Positions 1 through 8,192 of a stretch of 32,000 bases of DNA are shown piece after piece (positions within the stretch are counted from its first letter, which is position 1; the number at the start of each line of letters is the position of its first letter). This DNA comes from an uncultured Opitutales bacterium (GTDB lineage: Bacteria; Verrucomicrobiota; Verrucomicrobiia; Opitutales; Intestinicryptomonadaceae): contig CAKTSY010000002.1 in the NCBI GenBank assembly GCA_934613415.1, positions 300,001 to 332,000 on the forward strand, given 5' to 3'. Below the pieces are notes generated by a model that did no database searches, had not been told where the DNA came from, and worked only from the letters and a program-made list of their open reading frames with translations. Position numbers and translations under genes: made by a program.

Positions 1-734
1 CGCTTGCCCCAAAACAGATAATGGAGAAAATAGACCAAGCCGAAAGTATTGGCGGCTACGACCTTCTTATTTTAATGCGCGGGGGCGGTTCGCTTGAAGA
101 TCTTTGGGCTTTTAACGACGAGGCTTTGGCGCGCAGGGTATTTGCCTGCAAATATCCCACAATTTCGGCGGTGGGCCACGAGGTTGATTTTTCTCTTACC
201 GACTTTACCGCAGATTTGCGCGCCGAAACGCCGTCGGCAGCAGCAGAATATTTAACAAACGCCTATGCCGATGTTCTTGCCGCCTTTAAAAATATGTCGG
301 CTATGTTGGAAAAGTCTGCAAACTATGCGCTTGAAAACCTGCAAAACAAAATGTCTAGTTTGGATTCAAGGCTAAAGCTAAACAGCCCACAAGTTAAGCT
401 GGACAATTTTAAGATTATGCTCGACGAAAAATCGGCAAAGGCCGACGCCTTGGCCGCCAAGCGCATTGCGCGCTTAAAGGAAATTTTGCACGAAAAAGAA
501 CTAATGTTTTCTCGGCAAAACCCAAAACCCAAGATAGACGTTTGCAAAGAAAGGCTTGCCGCCGCCGAAAAGGCGATGGCGCTGATGAGCTTCGAGTCGT
601 CTTTAAAAAGGGGTTGGGCTTTGGCGTTTAACGAAAGCGGAGCTTTAATCGGCAGGGCAAGGCAGGTAAAAGACGGCGAAAATATTTCGCTTAGGTTTTA
701 CGACGGCTCCGTTAACGCCGTTGCAAAAAAATAG
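1..734 (+). CDS. xseA: Exodeoxyribonuclease VII large subunit, C-terminal part (5' end outside window)
   Basis: The frame is open from base 3. [24 protein letters not shown]...[29 protein letters not shown] is the conserved XseA core, followed by the usual long helical tail. Stop TAG at 732-734. Confidence 0.85.
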   Translation, partial: LAPKQIMEKIDQAESIGGYDLLILMRGGGSLEDLWAFNDEALARRVFACKYPTISAVGHEVDFSLTDFTADLRAETPSAAAEYLTNAYADVLAAFKNMSAMLEKSANYALENLQNKMSSLDSRLKLNSPQVKLDNFKIMLDEKSAKADALAAKRIARLKEILHEKELMFSRQNPKPKIDVCKERLAAAEKAMALMSFESSLKRGWALAFNESGALIGRARQVKDGENISLRFYDGSVNAVAKK

Positions 735-756
735 CGCGCAAAATAAAAAAACAAAA

Positions 757-793
757 ACGCCGCAATTCTCCAACGAGGAATGCGGCGTTTTTA
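757..793. terminator. Intrinsic terminator hairpin between convergent xseA and the PhoD-like gene
   Basis: ACGCCGCAATTC (757-768) pairs imperfectly with GAATGCGGCGT (778-788). It is followed by a T-run on the plus strand and preceded by an A-run, so it could act in both directions. Confidence 0.6.
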
Positions 794-810
794 TTGCAAA
801 TAAATGTTTT

Positions 811-2127
811 TTAGTTGAACGCGCTTATGTCCGACAAGTCTATTTTTTGCGAGAATAGCTCCGCTCCTTTCGAGTCGAAGAACTTTACGGTTAGGCATCT
901 CGCGCTTTCCTTGCCCGAAAAATTAAGTAATACAAACGAGCGTTTGAATACGCCCGAAGCCGGCACCCTAAAATAGTTAAGCTCTTTTGCGCTTTCGGCA
1001 GGGCGTGCGGTTGTGGGCCCCGCCGTTATGTCGAATACAGGATAAGCTCCGGCCCTAACCATTCTGGAAATTTCGCCGTAATTTTTGTTTGCCGAAACAA
1101 AAACAAGGCCGCTAATTTTTTCCCTTTGCACAAAGTCGAAAAACTCGTTCTTTTCGTTCTTTGCCATTGTAAAGTTTTCGAAACTTTCGGCAGGGTTGCA
1201 AACGGGGGTGTTCATTACAACAATCTTAAAGTTTGCAGTAGATGCCTTTAGCGATTGCTTAAGCCAATTAAGCTGTGTTCTGCCCAAAAACTCGCGCTTC
1301 TTTTTGTTGTATTCTATGTTGTCCTTTTGCGAGCAGTCGTCTACAACAAAAAACTCGGCGTCTCCGTATCTAAAGCAGGTGCGCATTGTATTGTCGGGGG
1401 TATTTTCGTCCCCAAAAGTGGGGTTGGGCCAAAATGCCTTAAAAGCGTCCTGGGCAATGCCTTTGCTAAACGATGTTTTATCGGCCTTTTCTACAGCGTA
1501 GGCGTTTTGCGCCATTATGCCTATGTTTTGTACTGCGGTTAAAAGCGGCAGGCATTCCTTTTGTTTTCTAGAATGAATAAATCGCGAAAAGTAGCCGCCC
1601 CTCGAGCCTAAGTCTGCCGTGCGCAAAGTGTCGGCATTTGCCGCCCAAATTACGGCTTGGGGCTTTTTCGCCAAAGCGGCACCAAATATTTCGTATTCGC
1701 CGCCGGGGGTTTTATAGGCTTCGTCGTATAAAGCTTCGTTTGTGTGGCATTTGCCGAAAACTGCAATCGAAAAGTCCGGCGGGGGCGTTCTTGTAAGGTA
1801 GTCGGGCGAAGTTTTTAGCTTGCCGGCAAACAAAACGCCGCCTTTTGCATCTAAAATTTCGTAGTTGTATTCGTTGTTTGGCTCTAAACCCCAAAGATTT
1901 TTTTTGCCTATGCCGAACTCGTCTAGGGCAACCGCATAGTTTTTAGAAAAACCGTCTTTAAAAACTTTTACGGTTAAAACCGAATTTTCGGCACCATTAA
2001 GCCAAATAGATGCCTGCCGCATATCGGCAGCCCCAAGCATTGCCGATTGCAACGGAGCTTTTGGGGCTTCGAAGCCGAATAGCGTTGCCGCCGAAAGCAA
2101 AAGAAGAATTTTTAGCGCATTTTTCAT
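811..2127 (-). CDS. Secreted PhoD-like (alkaline phosphatase D family) metallophosphatase
   Basis: 438-aa ORF with an ATG start and N-terminal signal peptide MKNALKILLLLSAATLFG. It has a beta-rich N-domain followed by metallophosphoesterase-like blocks (FFVVDDCSQKD, GRTQLNWLKQSLKASTANFKIVVMNTPV) typical of the PhoD family. The call is from motif memory only. Confidence 0.5.
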   Translation of the reverse strand: MKNALKILLLLSAATLFGFEAPKAPLQSAMLGAADMRQASIWLNGAENSVLTVKVFKDGFSKNYAVALDEFGIGKKNLWGLEPNNEYNYEILDAKGGVLFAGKLKTSPDYLTRTPPPDFSIAVFGKCHTNEALYDEAYKTPGGEYEIFGAALAKKPQAVIWAANADTLRTADLGSRGGYFSRFIHSRKQKECLPLLTAVQNIGIMAQNAYAVEKADKTSFSKGIAQDAFKAFWPNPTFGDENTPDNTMRTCFRYGDAEFFVVDDCSQKDNIEYNKKKREFLGRTQLNWLKQSLKASTANFKIVVMNTPVCNPAESFENFTMAKNEKNEFFDFVQREKISGLVFVSANKNYGEISRMVRAGAYPVFDITAGPTTARPAESAKELNYFRVPASGVFKRSFVLLNFSGKESARCLTVKFFDSKGAELFSQKIDLSDISAFN

Positions 2128-2142
2128 TTTGTTTTGGTCTTT

Positions 2143-2748
2143 CTATTGTTCGTTTGAAAGGTCTAGGCACATTTGGCGCAGGTCGAAAATGGCGGTAAAA
2201 AGCTCGTCTTTAATGCTGCGCGTTTCTTCGTGTGGGTAGCCCTGAATTTTTTCGATTTGCTTTAACGTAAAATTAAGGCTTATAAGCGATTTTTTATATT
2301 GCCATTTTGCCAGCGCAAGTTCGCCCAAGTCGGTAGAGTTTACCGCAAGGGTTAGGTTTTGCGAAACTTCCATCATTACCTTTGCTACCTGCCAAATTGC
2401 CAAGCTCGACATTTGGCAAAGCTCCATAAGGCTTTCTATCTTTTGGTTGGCAAACTTTATTATGCCCGAGCTTATTATGAATATTGGGTGGTTTAAGATT
2501 GTCCAAGGCTCGGAATTTTGGTCGAAATCGTTTTCGTCGGCGTCGGTTTCGGGCTTTAGGCTGTAGCCGTTTATGTTGCAGATTTCCTCTAGGCTGCTGT
2601 TCTTACGGTTTGCCCCGTACGATGCCGCAAATTCTTCTATGTCTTTGTCAGACCTTTGAATATAGCCAATCCAATCCTTCGGCGTCCATTTTGTCGAAAA
2701 AAAGTCGTCGAAGTTAAAATCGAAACTGTCGAAATTTGAATTATCCAT
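2143..2748 (-). CDS. Hypothetical acidic cytoplasmic protein
   Basis: 201-aa ORF with an ATG start and no signal peptide. The N-terminus is D/F-rich (MDNSNFDSFDFNFDDFF). It ends 15 nt upstream of the PhoD-like start and starts 60 nt downstream of the ABC gene stop, which suggests one operon. I recognise no family. Confidence 0.55.
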   Translation of the reverse strand: MDNSNFDSFDFNFDDFFSTKWTPKDWIGYIQRSDKDIEEFAASYGANRKNSSLEEICNINGYSLKPETDADENDFDQNSEPWTILNHPIFIISSGIIKFANQKIESLMELCQMSSLAIWQVAKVMMEVSQNLTLAVNSTDLGELALAKWQYKKSLISLNFTLKQIEKIQGYPHEETRSIKDELFTAIFDLRQMCLDLSNEQ

Positions 2749-2808
2749 ACTATATAAGCCGAAAAGCTTAACTACATAAAGGGCAAAGGTTCAAGACAAT
2801 TTTAGGGC

Positions 2809-4467
2809 TTAGCCGTGCCTGCGTTTTTGACAGCCATAGTATACGGCAGCCATTGCCAGAACACTGTGTATTGCAAGCACAAGCAAAACAAGCCAAATGC
2901 TTGGCAGCTCGTTAAAGTTCGACTGCGTCATAACGTAGGCGTCGTATAGCTTGCTGTCTTTCATTGTAGACATATAGCCCGACCAGCCCCAATAGGTGTT
3001 TATAAATGGTCTGCAAACCCAAACAAGAGAGTCGGGCAAGGCGAGAACTACCCCCGAAAGCGGAAGCTGAAAGCCCACAAGATATATGGATACCAGGCTT
3101 GCCTTGTCGGGCGAATTGCTTAGCGCGCTAAATGCCAAGCACACAAATGTCATAGAAACGCCCACCGCGCACAAAATGGCGGCTTGCTCAATAAACTCGC
3201 CCGGGAATTTGCACGCATATTTTACAAACGCGCACATCCAAAGCGATTGGAACAATGCAATAATGCTTACAAAGGCGAATTTAGAAACGCAATAGGCAAA
3301 GGGGCTAAGCCCCAAAAGCCTTTCCTTTTCGTATAAGCCCCTTTCCGATGCAATTTCACGCGCTCCGTTGTTAGATGCAATTAGGTTTAGCAAAACAACC
3401 TGAAATAAAATAAGCCCCGTAACCAAAGTGGAAACATTTGCAGCCTTTATCTGCAACGCCAAATTTGCGCGCAGCTCTTCTATAAAACCCAGATTGCGGT
3501 CTAAAGCCAAGCTCTCTATTTGCGGAAGCCCCCCCAGTGCAAAAATTACAACCACAAGCGGAAACCCGAATGTTATTGCCGAAGTTAAAAGCAAATAGGA
3601 GGTATCCCTAAAAAACAGCGAAATTCTGCGCTTAAGCAAAACGCCTGCCTGCTTTGCCCAGCTTGGCTTTTGCACTGCCTGCGGTATTTCTTCGGGAGCG
3701 TCAAATTCGCACAAACCGCGCAAACTTTGTTTGTTTAGCCAAAATTCCAAAGGCTTTTCGTTTAGGCGGTCGTATAGCTTTAAGGGAGTGTCTATCTCGA
3801 AATATTCGTTAAGCTCTTTTAAAGTGCCCTGAAACACCGCGCGGCCTTCGTATATAACCGTTATAAGGTCGAAATAGTCAAGCTTTGCAAGGTTGTGTAT
3901 TATGCAAATAAATGTTTTATTTTCGTTTTTGCAAAGGCCTTTAAGCAGGTCTAAAATGGCGTTTTCCGAAAGAGGGTCTAGCCCCGTGGTTATTTCGTCG
4001 CAAAACATTGTTGGCGGGTTGTTTGCAAGCTCCATTCCCAAGCCGATTCGCCTAAGCTGCCCGCCCGAAAGCGATTCTACCAACTTATTTTCGTGCGCTT
4101 TTAGGCCGGTAATTTTCAGTATATACTCTATGCGTTCGGCCTTTTTAGAGTTGTCTTTTAAGGCAATATCTAGCGTGCTAAGTATGGTTTCGCGCACGGT
4201 AAGCTTGCCTTGCGCCTGCGTAAACTGCGGTGCAAAACCCACGCGGCCTACAATGTCGTTGCACGAATTTATTTTTTGCCCGCAAAAAAACGAATCGCCC
4301 GAAGCGTCTATAATCTTTAGCATTGCCTTTAAAAGCGTTGTTTTGCCGCAACCGCTTGGGCCTATTACGGCGTTCATTGCGTAGGGCTTAAAGGCAACGC
4401 TTGCATTTTCCAAAATCGGCTTTTCCGAATTGGGTACTTTTACGGTTAAATTCTTACAGCTTAACAT
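2809..4467 (-). CDS. ABC transporter, fused ATP-binding domain plus ABC-2-type permease (NBD-TMD half transporter)
   Basis: Walker A GPSGCGKTT, signature LSGGQLRR and Walker B MFCDEITTGLD are in the N-terminal half. The C-terminal half is hydrophobic with multiple TM segments. ATG start at 4465-4467. Confidence 0.85.
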   Translation of the reverse strand: MLSCKNLTVKVPNSEKPILENASVAFKPYAMNAVIGPSGCGKTTLLKAMLKIIDASGDSFFCGQKINSCNDIVGRVGFAPQFTQAQGKLTVRETILSTLDIALKDNSKKAERIEYILKITGLKAHENKLVESLSGGQLRRIGLGMELANNPPTMFCDEITTGLDPLSENAILDLLKGLCKNENKTFICIIHNLAKLDYFDLITVIYEGRAVFQGTLKELNEYFEIDTPLKLYDRLNEKPLEFWLNKQSLRGLCEFDAPEEIPQAVQKPSWAKQAGVLLKRRISLFFRDTSYLLLTSAITFGFPLVVVIFALGGLPQIESLALDRNLGFIEELRANLALQIKAANVSTLVTGLILFQVVLLNLIASNNGAREIASERGLYEKERLLGLSPFAYCVSKFAFVSIIALFQSLWMCAFVKYACKFPGEFIEQAAILCAVGVSMTFVCLAFSALSNSPDKASLVSIYLVGFQLPLSGVVLALPDSLVWVCRPFINTYWGWSGYMSTMKDSKLYDAYVMTQSNFNELPSIWLVLLVLAIHSVLAMAAVYYGCQKRRHG

Positions 4468-4507
4468 TACACTTGAGATTTTCTATAAAATTAAAATAAT
4501 TGCAACT

Positions 4508-5056
4508 ATGAATAGAATATTTTTTGCAATAATTTTGATTTTTGCGCTTTTTTCGGGCACTGTGCGCGCCGAAAGTATTTCAACTGCAAATATCGAAAAC
4601 GAAAAGCGCACGGGAATAAAGTTTAACGACAAAGCCAGCATATACATTAGCACCGACGTTATTTGCGCGGTTTCGCTGCAAAGTTATGTTCTTGGTGGCT
4701 TCGAGATTGCCGAGGTTGTGATAGACATTTTGGGTTCGCCCAGCCAAGTAAGGATATATGCGGTAAACGAAAATGTTGTGTCGTCGAAGACCGATTTGCT
4801 AAAAAACAAGAATTTGGCGGCTGCCGCAAACAAGCCAAAAAGCCTTGTAGAAAGTGCCGAAAATTTTGCAAGGGCGCAAAACCCGCTTGATATAAATACG
4901 GTTATAAAAGAGTACCCTAAAACAACGCATAGCAAAACGCTTGAATTTAGGGTTGATTTCGACAGCCTTAAAGAGTTCTACAACGCATTTGCCGCCGATT
5001 TTACTTGCAAAAAACCCAAAATTGGTGGGAAATTGTACATATTTCCCAAACAATGA
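4508..5056 (+). CDS. Hypothetical secreted protein
   Basis: The ORF track starts at a TTG at 4430. The ATG at 4508 gives a classic signal peptide, MNRIFFAIILIFALFSGTVRAES. The stop TGA at 5054-5056 overlaps the next ATG (ATGA). Confidence 0.6.
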   Translation: MNRIFFAIILIFALFSGTVRAESISTANIENEKRTGIKFNDKASIYISTDVICAVSLQSYVLGGFEIAEVVIDILGSPSQVRIYAVNENVVSSKTDLLKNKNLAAAANKPKSLVESAENFARAQNPLDINTVIKEYPKTTHSKTLEFRVDFDSLKEFYNAFAADFTCKKPKIGGKLYIFPKQ

Positions 5057-5829
5057 ACATCTTAAAAAAATCGGTAGTTATAGCGTTGTCGTCGGCGTGC
5101 TGCATTGCGTTTTCGGCCGACAAGAAGCCCGAGATTATCCGAGCGGGCAACGAGTCGTATCTATTTGTAAAGCAAATAGAAAGTGTAAAACAAAACGACA
5201 TTTTTCAAAAAAACGTGTCTATTTTAAGACGCTACGATGCCGCCATTAAAACGGCAAAAAACAGGTACGAAACCGCCTCCGAAAGCGACAAGAAAATTTT
5301 GTCGGTAAAAATAAAGCAGCTTGAAGACGAATATGCCGCAAACAACGCCGTTATGATTAAAACATACAACTTTTCGGGCGACAGAAAATATATGTTTTTG
5401 TTCGGCGAAGTTTACTTAAGCATGCCCATTTCGAACGAAGAGGCGGAAAATTTGCGCACAAAAGAGGGCGTTGTTTTAGATCCGCAAAAGATTGTGCAAA
5501 AAGACAAGCTTAAGCTTTACAGGCAGCTTACCATAAAAGAGCATAAAAAAATTGCGCAGTTTCAAAGGCTTATAACGGCGTTTACCGCAAAGCAGGCCGA
5601 GCTTAAAAAACTAAGAGACCTTTCCGCAAAAGCAGAAAGTCCTTCCGAGCGCGAAAGCTTGGCTCTTAAAATTTCTCTAAGCGAAAAATATTTGGCGCAA
5701 ACCGAGCAACAGCTTGAAAAAGACTATGGTATGCTGCCCAAGCGCAACTACATATTGGAGGTAAAGAGTATGAAAATCTACCTTCAATTGACTATGGAAG
5801 AGCTTGTGCGCCTTTCGGCAAAGAAATAG
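5053..5829 (+). CDS. Hypothetical secreted coiled-coil protein
   Basis: The ATG at 5053 gives signal peptide MNILKKSVVIALSSACCIAFSA. The rest is K/E/Q-rich and helical. The ATGA overlap with the upstream gene implies translational coupling. An OmpH/Skp-like role is only a guess. Confidence 0.55.
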   Translation: MNILKKSVVIALSSACCIAFSADKKPEIIRAGNESYLFVKQIESVKQNDIFQKNVSILRRYDAAIKTAKNRYETASESDKKILSVKIKQLEDEYAANNAVMIKTYNFSGDRKYMFLFGEVYLSMPISNEEAENLRTKEGVVLDPQKIVQKDKLKLYRQLTIKEHKKIAQFQRLITAFTAKQAELKKLRDLSAKAESPSERESLALKISLSEKYLAQTEQQLEKDYGMLPKRNYILEVKSMKIYLQLTMEELVRLSAKK

Positions 5830-5833
5830 CGGT

Positions 5834-6436
5834 ATGTCGAAAAATTCCAGAGTATTGTGGGCAAAAAAGCTTGCGGGCATTGTCGAAAAAACCGACTGCA
5901 ACAAGCCCCTTGATTTGCCCGCGCGCAAAAAGGAATTTTCGGAAAGCCGCGGGCAGTTCTACGGCACTGTTTTGGGCATAGACCCAAGCCTTAGGGGAAC
6001 CGGCTTGGCGGTTGTAAAATACGAGAAGGGCAAAACCCCCGTTTGCCTAGACCACGAAATTATAAGAAACAAAGTGGGCATTTCAATGCCCCAATGCTTG
6101 GCAAATATTTTTAGGTGCACTACCGCAATGGTTATACGCAACAAGGTAGACTGCGTTGCGATAGAGTCTAGCATATACGTTCAAAACACGAAAACCGCAG
6201 TGATTTTGGGTTCGGCTAGGGGGGCGGCAATTGCGGCAATCGCCTGCGAAGGGCTGCCTTTGTTTGAATATGCTCCCTTAAGGATAAAGCAGGCGGTGGT
6301 GGGCTTTGGCAGGGCGTCGAAAGAGCAGGTTGCAAAAACTGTTGCGGGCATTTTGCACGCGCAAAAGGCAATGGGCTTCGACGAGTCTGACGCGGCGGCT
6401 GCCGCATTAACACACATTTACACGCATAAGGTATAA
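5834..6436 (+). CDS. ruvC: Crossover junction endodeoxyribonuclease RuvC (with a possible ~45-aa N-terminal extension)
   Basis: RuvC blocks LGIDPSLRGTGLAVV, VAIESSIYVQNTKTAVILGSARGAAI, EYAPLRIKQAVVGFGRASKEQV and DESDAAAAALTHI are present. An ATG at 5834 lies 5 nt after the upstream stop. An alternative TTG at 5972 sits immediately before GIDPS. Confidence 0.85.
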   Translation: MSKNSRVLWAKKLAGIVEKTDCNKPLDLPARKKEFSESRGQFYGTVLGIDPSLRGTGLAVVKYEKGKTPVCLDHEIIRNKVGISMPQCLANIFRCTTAMVIRNKVDCVAIESSIYVQNTKTAVILGSARGAAIAAIACEGLPLFEYAPLRIKQAVVGFGRASKEQVAKTVAGILHAQKAMGFDESDAAAAALTHIYTHKV

Positions 6437-6440
6437 GAAA

Positions 6441-7304
6441 ATGGACAAAACTCTTTTGATAATGGCGGCCGGAATGGGAAGCCGTTTTGGCGGGCTAAAG
6501 CAGGTAAGAAAGTTCGGCAAAAAAGGCCTTACATTGTTAGACTACGCGGTGCTAGACGCAAAAAACGCGGGCTTTAACAAATTTGTTTTTGTAATACGCA
6601 AAGACATAGAAGAGCTTTTTAGGCAAAACGTTTCGGGCAAATACGAAAATTCGCTTGATGTAAACTACGCTTTTCAGGAGCTAAACGCATTGCCTGCCCC
6701 CTACAAGCCGTTGTCGCAAAGGCAAAAACCGTGGGGCACGGGGCACGCTGTTTTGTGTGCAAAAGAATTTATAAAAGAGCCTTTTTTGGCTATAAACGCC
6801 GACGACTACTACGGCCCAAGCTCGTATAAGCTTGCCGCAAACTTTATTGAAAACGACTTAAGCGACAATTTGTGTGCATTGATTGCCTACGAATTAAAAA
6901 ACACGCTTTCGCCTACGGGCGGCGTTTCGCGCGGGGTTTGTTGTGCCGACGACAACGGCTATTTAAAAGACATTAAAGAGTGCTACGAGCTTGCGTTAAG
7001 AGACGGCAAAATTACCGATAAAGACGGCAATGTTTACGATTCTTGCACAAAGGTTTCTATGAACTTTTGGTGTTTTGCGCCGTCTTTTATGGACATTTTG
7101 CAAAAGTATTTTTTGGAGTTTTTAAAGGACAATTCGCAAGAGCTTAAAAGCGAATTCTATTTGCCCGCCGCCGTAGACAAAGCTTTAACCGAAGGCATGC
7201 TGAAAGCCAAAATGCCCGTAAGCGGCGAAATATGGCAGGGCGTAACCTATGCCGACGATGCGGCTTTGGTTGAAAAGTTTTTGGAAAAGCGCACCGATAT
7301 TTAA
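6441..7304 (+). CDS. Sugar-phosphate nucleotidyltransferase (NTP_transferase fold)
   Basis: N-terminal LIMAAGMGSRFGGLKQ matches the GxGxRxG...K nucleotide-binding signature. At 287 aa the size is typical of the family. Substrate is unknown. Confidence 0.6.
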   Translation: MDKTLLIMAAGMGSRFGGLKQVRKFGKKGLTLLDYAVLDAKNAGFNKFVFVIRKDIEELFRQNVSGKYENSLDVNYAFQELNALPAPYKPLSQRQKPWGTGHAVLCAKEFIKEPFLAINADDYYGPSSYKLAANFIENDLSDNLCALIAYELKNTLSPTGGVSRGVCCADDNGYLKDIKECYELALRDGKITDKDGNVYDSCTKVSMNFWCFAPSFMDILQKYFLEFLKDNSQELKSEFYLPAAVDKALTEGMLKAKMPVSGEIWQGVTYADDAALVEKFLEKRTDI

Positions 7305-7681
7305 GGCAAAAGATTCTTTGCTAGCGTAATAAGCACCACAACCAAAAAGTATACAAACAAAGACGTAAACAAGGTTGCCGTGGCATATATAAACGCCTTT
7401 TTAAACAGGCGGTTTTGCAAATCTTTTGCAATTTGGTAGGCAAAGGAAGCGTATGTAGACATTGTTCCCGCAAGCGTTGCCGCGCACAAGCACGACAAAT
7501 CCAAATCCCGAATGCTAATCATAAGGCTGAACGCCAAAACGGCGCAGGCTGCGGTGTTTGCGGTAAAAGTGCCGTAGTAGAAATCTTTGTTGTCGAAGCG
7601 GTCGGCAAGCTTGTATCTAAACAAAGCTCCGCAAATTGCACCTGTAAAAACGGCTATTAGTTGGAACACTATTTGCTGCAT
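7301..7681 (-). CDS. crcB: Fluoride ion channel CrcB/FluC, copy 2 of a tandem pair
   Basis: 126-aa protein with four hydrophobic helices. It has GAICGALFRY and GTMSTYASFAYQ-type CrcB motifs. The start overlaps the upstream crcB stop by 13 nt. Confidence 0.8.
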   Translation of the reverse strand: MQQIVFQLIAVFTGAICGALFRYKLADRFDNKDFYYGTFTANTAACAVLAFSLMISIRDLDLSCLCAATLAGTMSTYASFAYQIAKDLQNRLFKKAFIYATATLFTSLFVYFLVVVLITLAKNLLP

Positions 7682-8097
7682 TGCGGTTTTCTAAAAATAT
7701 TGCGTGTTAATTTTGCAATGCCTATTGCAATAAGCGCGCTTAGCGTGCAGGCGAACAAGTTGCCGAAAAACGGCAGCGAAAATTCCAAAAAGCCCTTGTT
7801 TGCAAGCACGTCTGCCGACTGGTTTATTGTGCAAGAAAACGTTGTAAACGAAGCGCAAAAGCCCGTTGCAAAGAAAAGCCCCCATTGTCTTGCATTAGGC
7901 AAAAGCTCCTTAAAAAGGGCATATAAAAAAGCACCAAGCGTGTTTATTGCAAGAATTTGCAAAATAGGTTCTAAGCTTTCAAACGCATACGAGCGCGCCA
8001 AAACCCCCAATATTGCGCCGAGCGAAATTATCGCAATGTCGAGCACATTTTTGTGCTTGCCTGTAAAAAACGATAAAGCTTGCTTTAAGTTGCCCAT
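7669..8097 (-). CDS. crcB: Fluoride ion channel CrcB/FluC, copy 1 of a tandem pair
   Basis: 142-aa membrane protein with LGAILGVLARSY, INTLGAFLYALF and GFCASFTTFSCT, which are CrcB family blocks. ATG start at 8095-8097. Confidence 0.75.
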   Translation of the reverse strand: MGNLKQALSFFTGKHKNVLDIAIISLGAILGVLARSYAFESLEPILQILAINTLGAFLYALFKELLPNARQWGLFFATGFCASFTTFSCTINQSADVLANKGFLEFSLPFFGNLFACTLSALIAIGIAKLTRNIFRKPQCSK

Positions 8098-8192
8098 TTC
8101 TTTCTAATATAAGGCTAAGAAACTAGTTTTTTGCAAAAAACTGTCAATACGCAAAAGACCGAAATATTAACCATTTAAGGATATTATAGCCG

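Noticed and set aside
3893-4384. 163-aa ORF antisense to the ABC transporter NBD
   Set aside because: It overlaps the Walker A, signature and Walker B coding region on the opposite strand and has no motifs of its own.
4430-5052. Longer ORF-track starts (TTG 4430; 5005) for the two secreted proteins, plus the 12963, 17848 and 11006 starts for scpB, lptF/G and DUF167
   Set aside because: Downstream ATGs give canonical signal peptides or family-typical N-termini and remove implausible overlaps with neighbouring genes. The upstream extensions have no conserved features.
7301-7304. Convergent genes sharing 4-nt stop overlaps (TTAA at 7301-7304; CTAG at 16142-16145) as a regulatory feature
   Set aside because: These are palindromic stop-stop overlaps consistent with a compact genome. 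No associated structure or repeat was seen.
8098-8192. Possible fluoride riboswitch (for crcB) or glmS ribozyme in the crcB/glmS divergent intergenic region
   Set aside because: The region is only 95 nt, AT-rich and lacks the GC-rich conserved cores of either RNA by eye. It needs cmsearch for formal exclusion.
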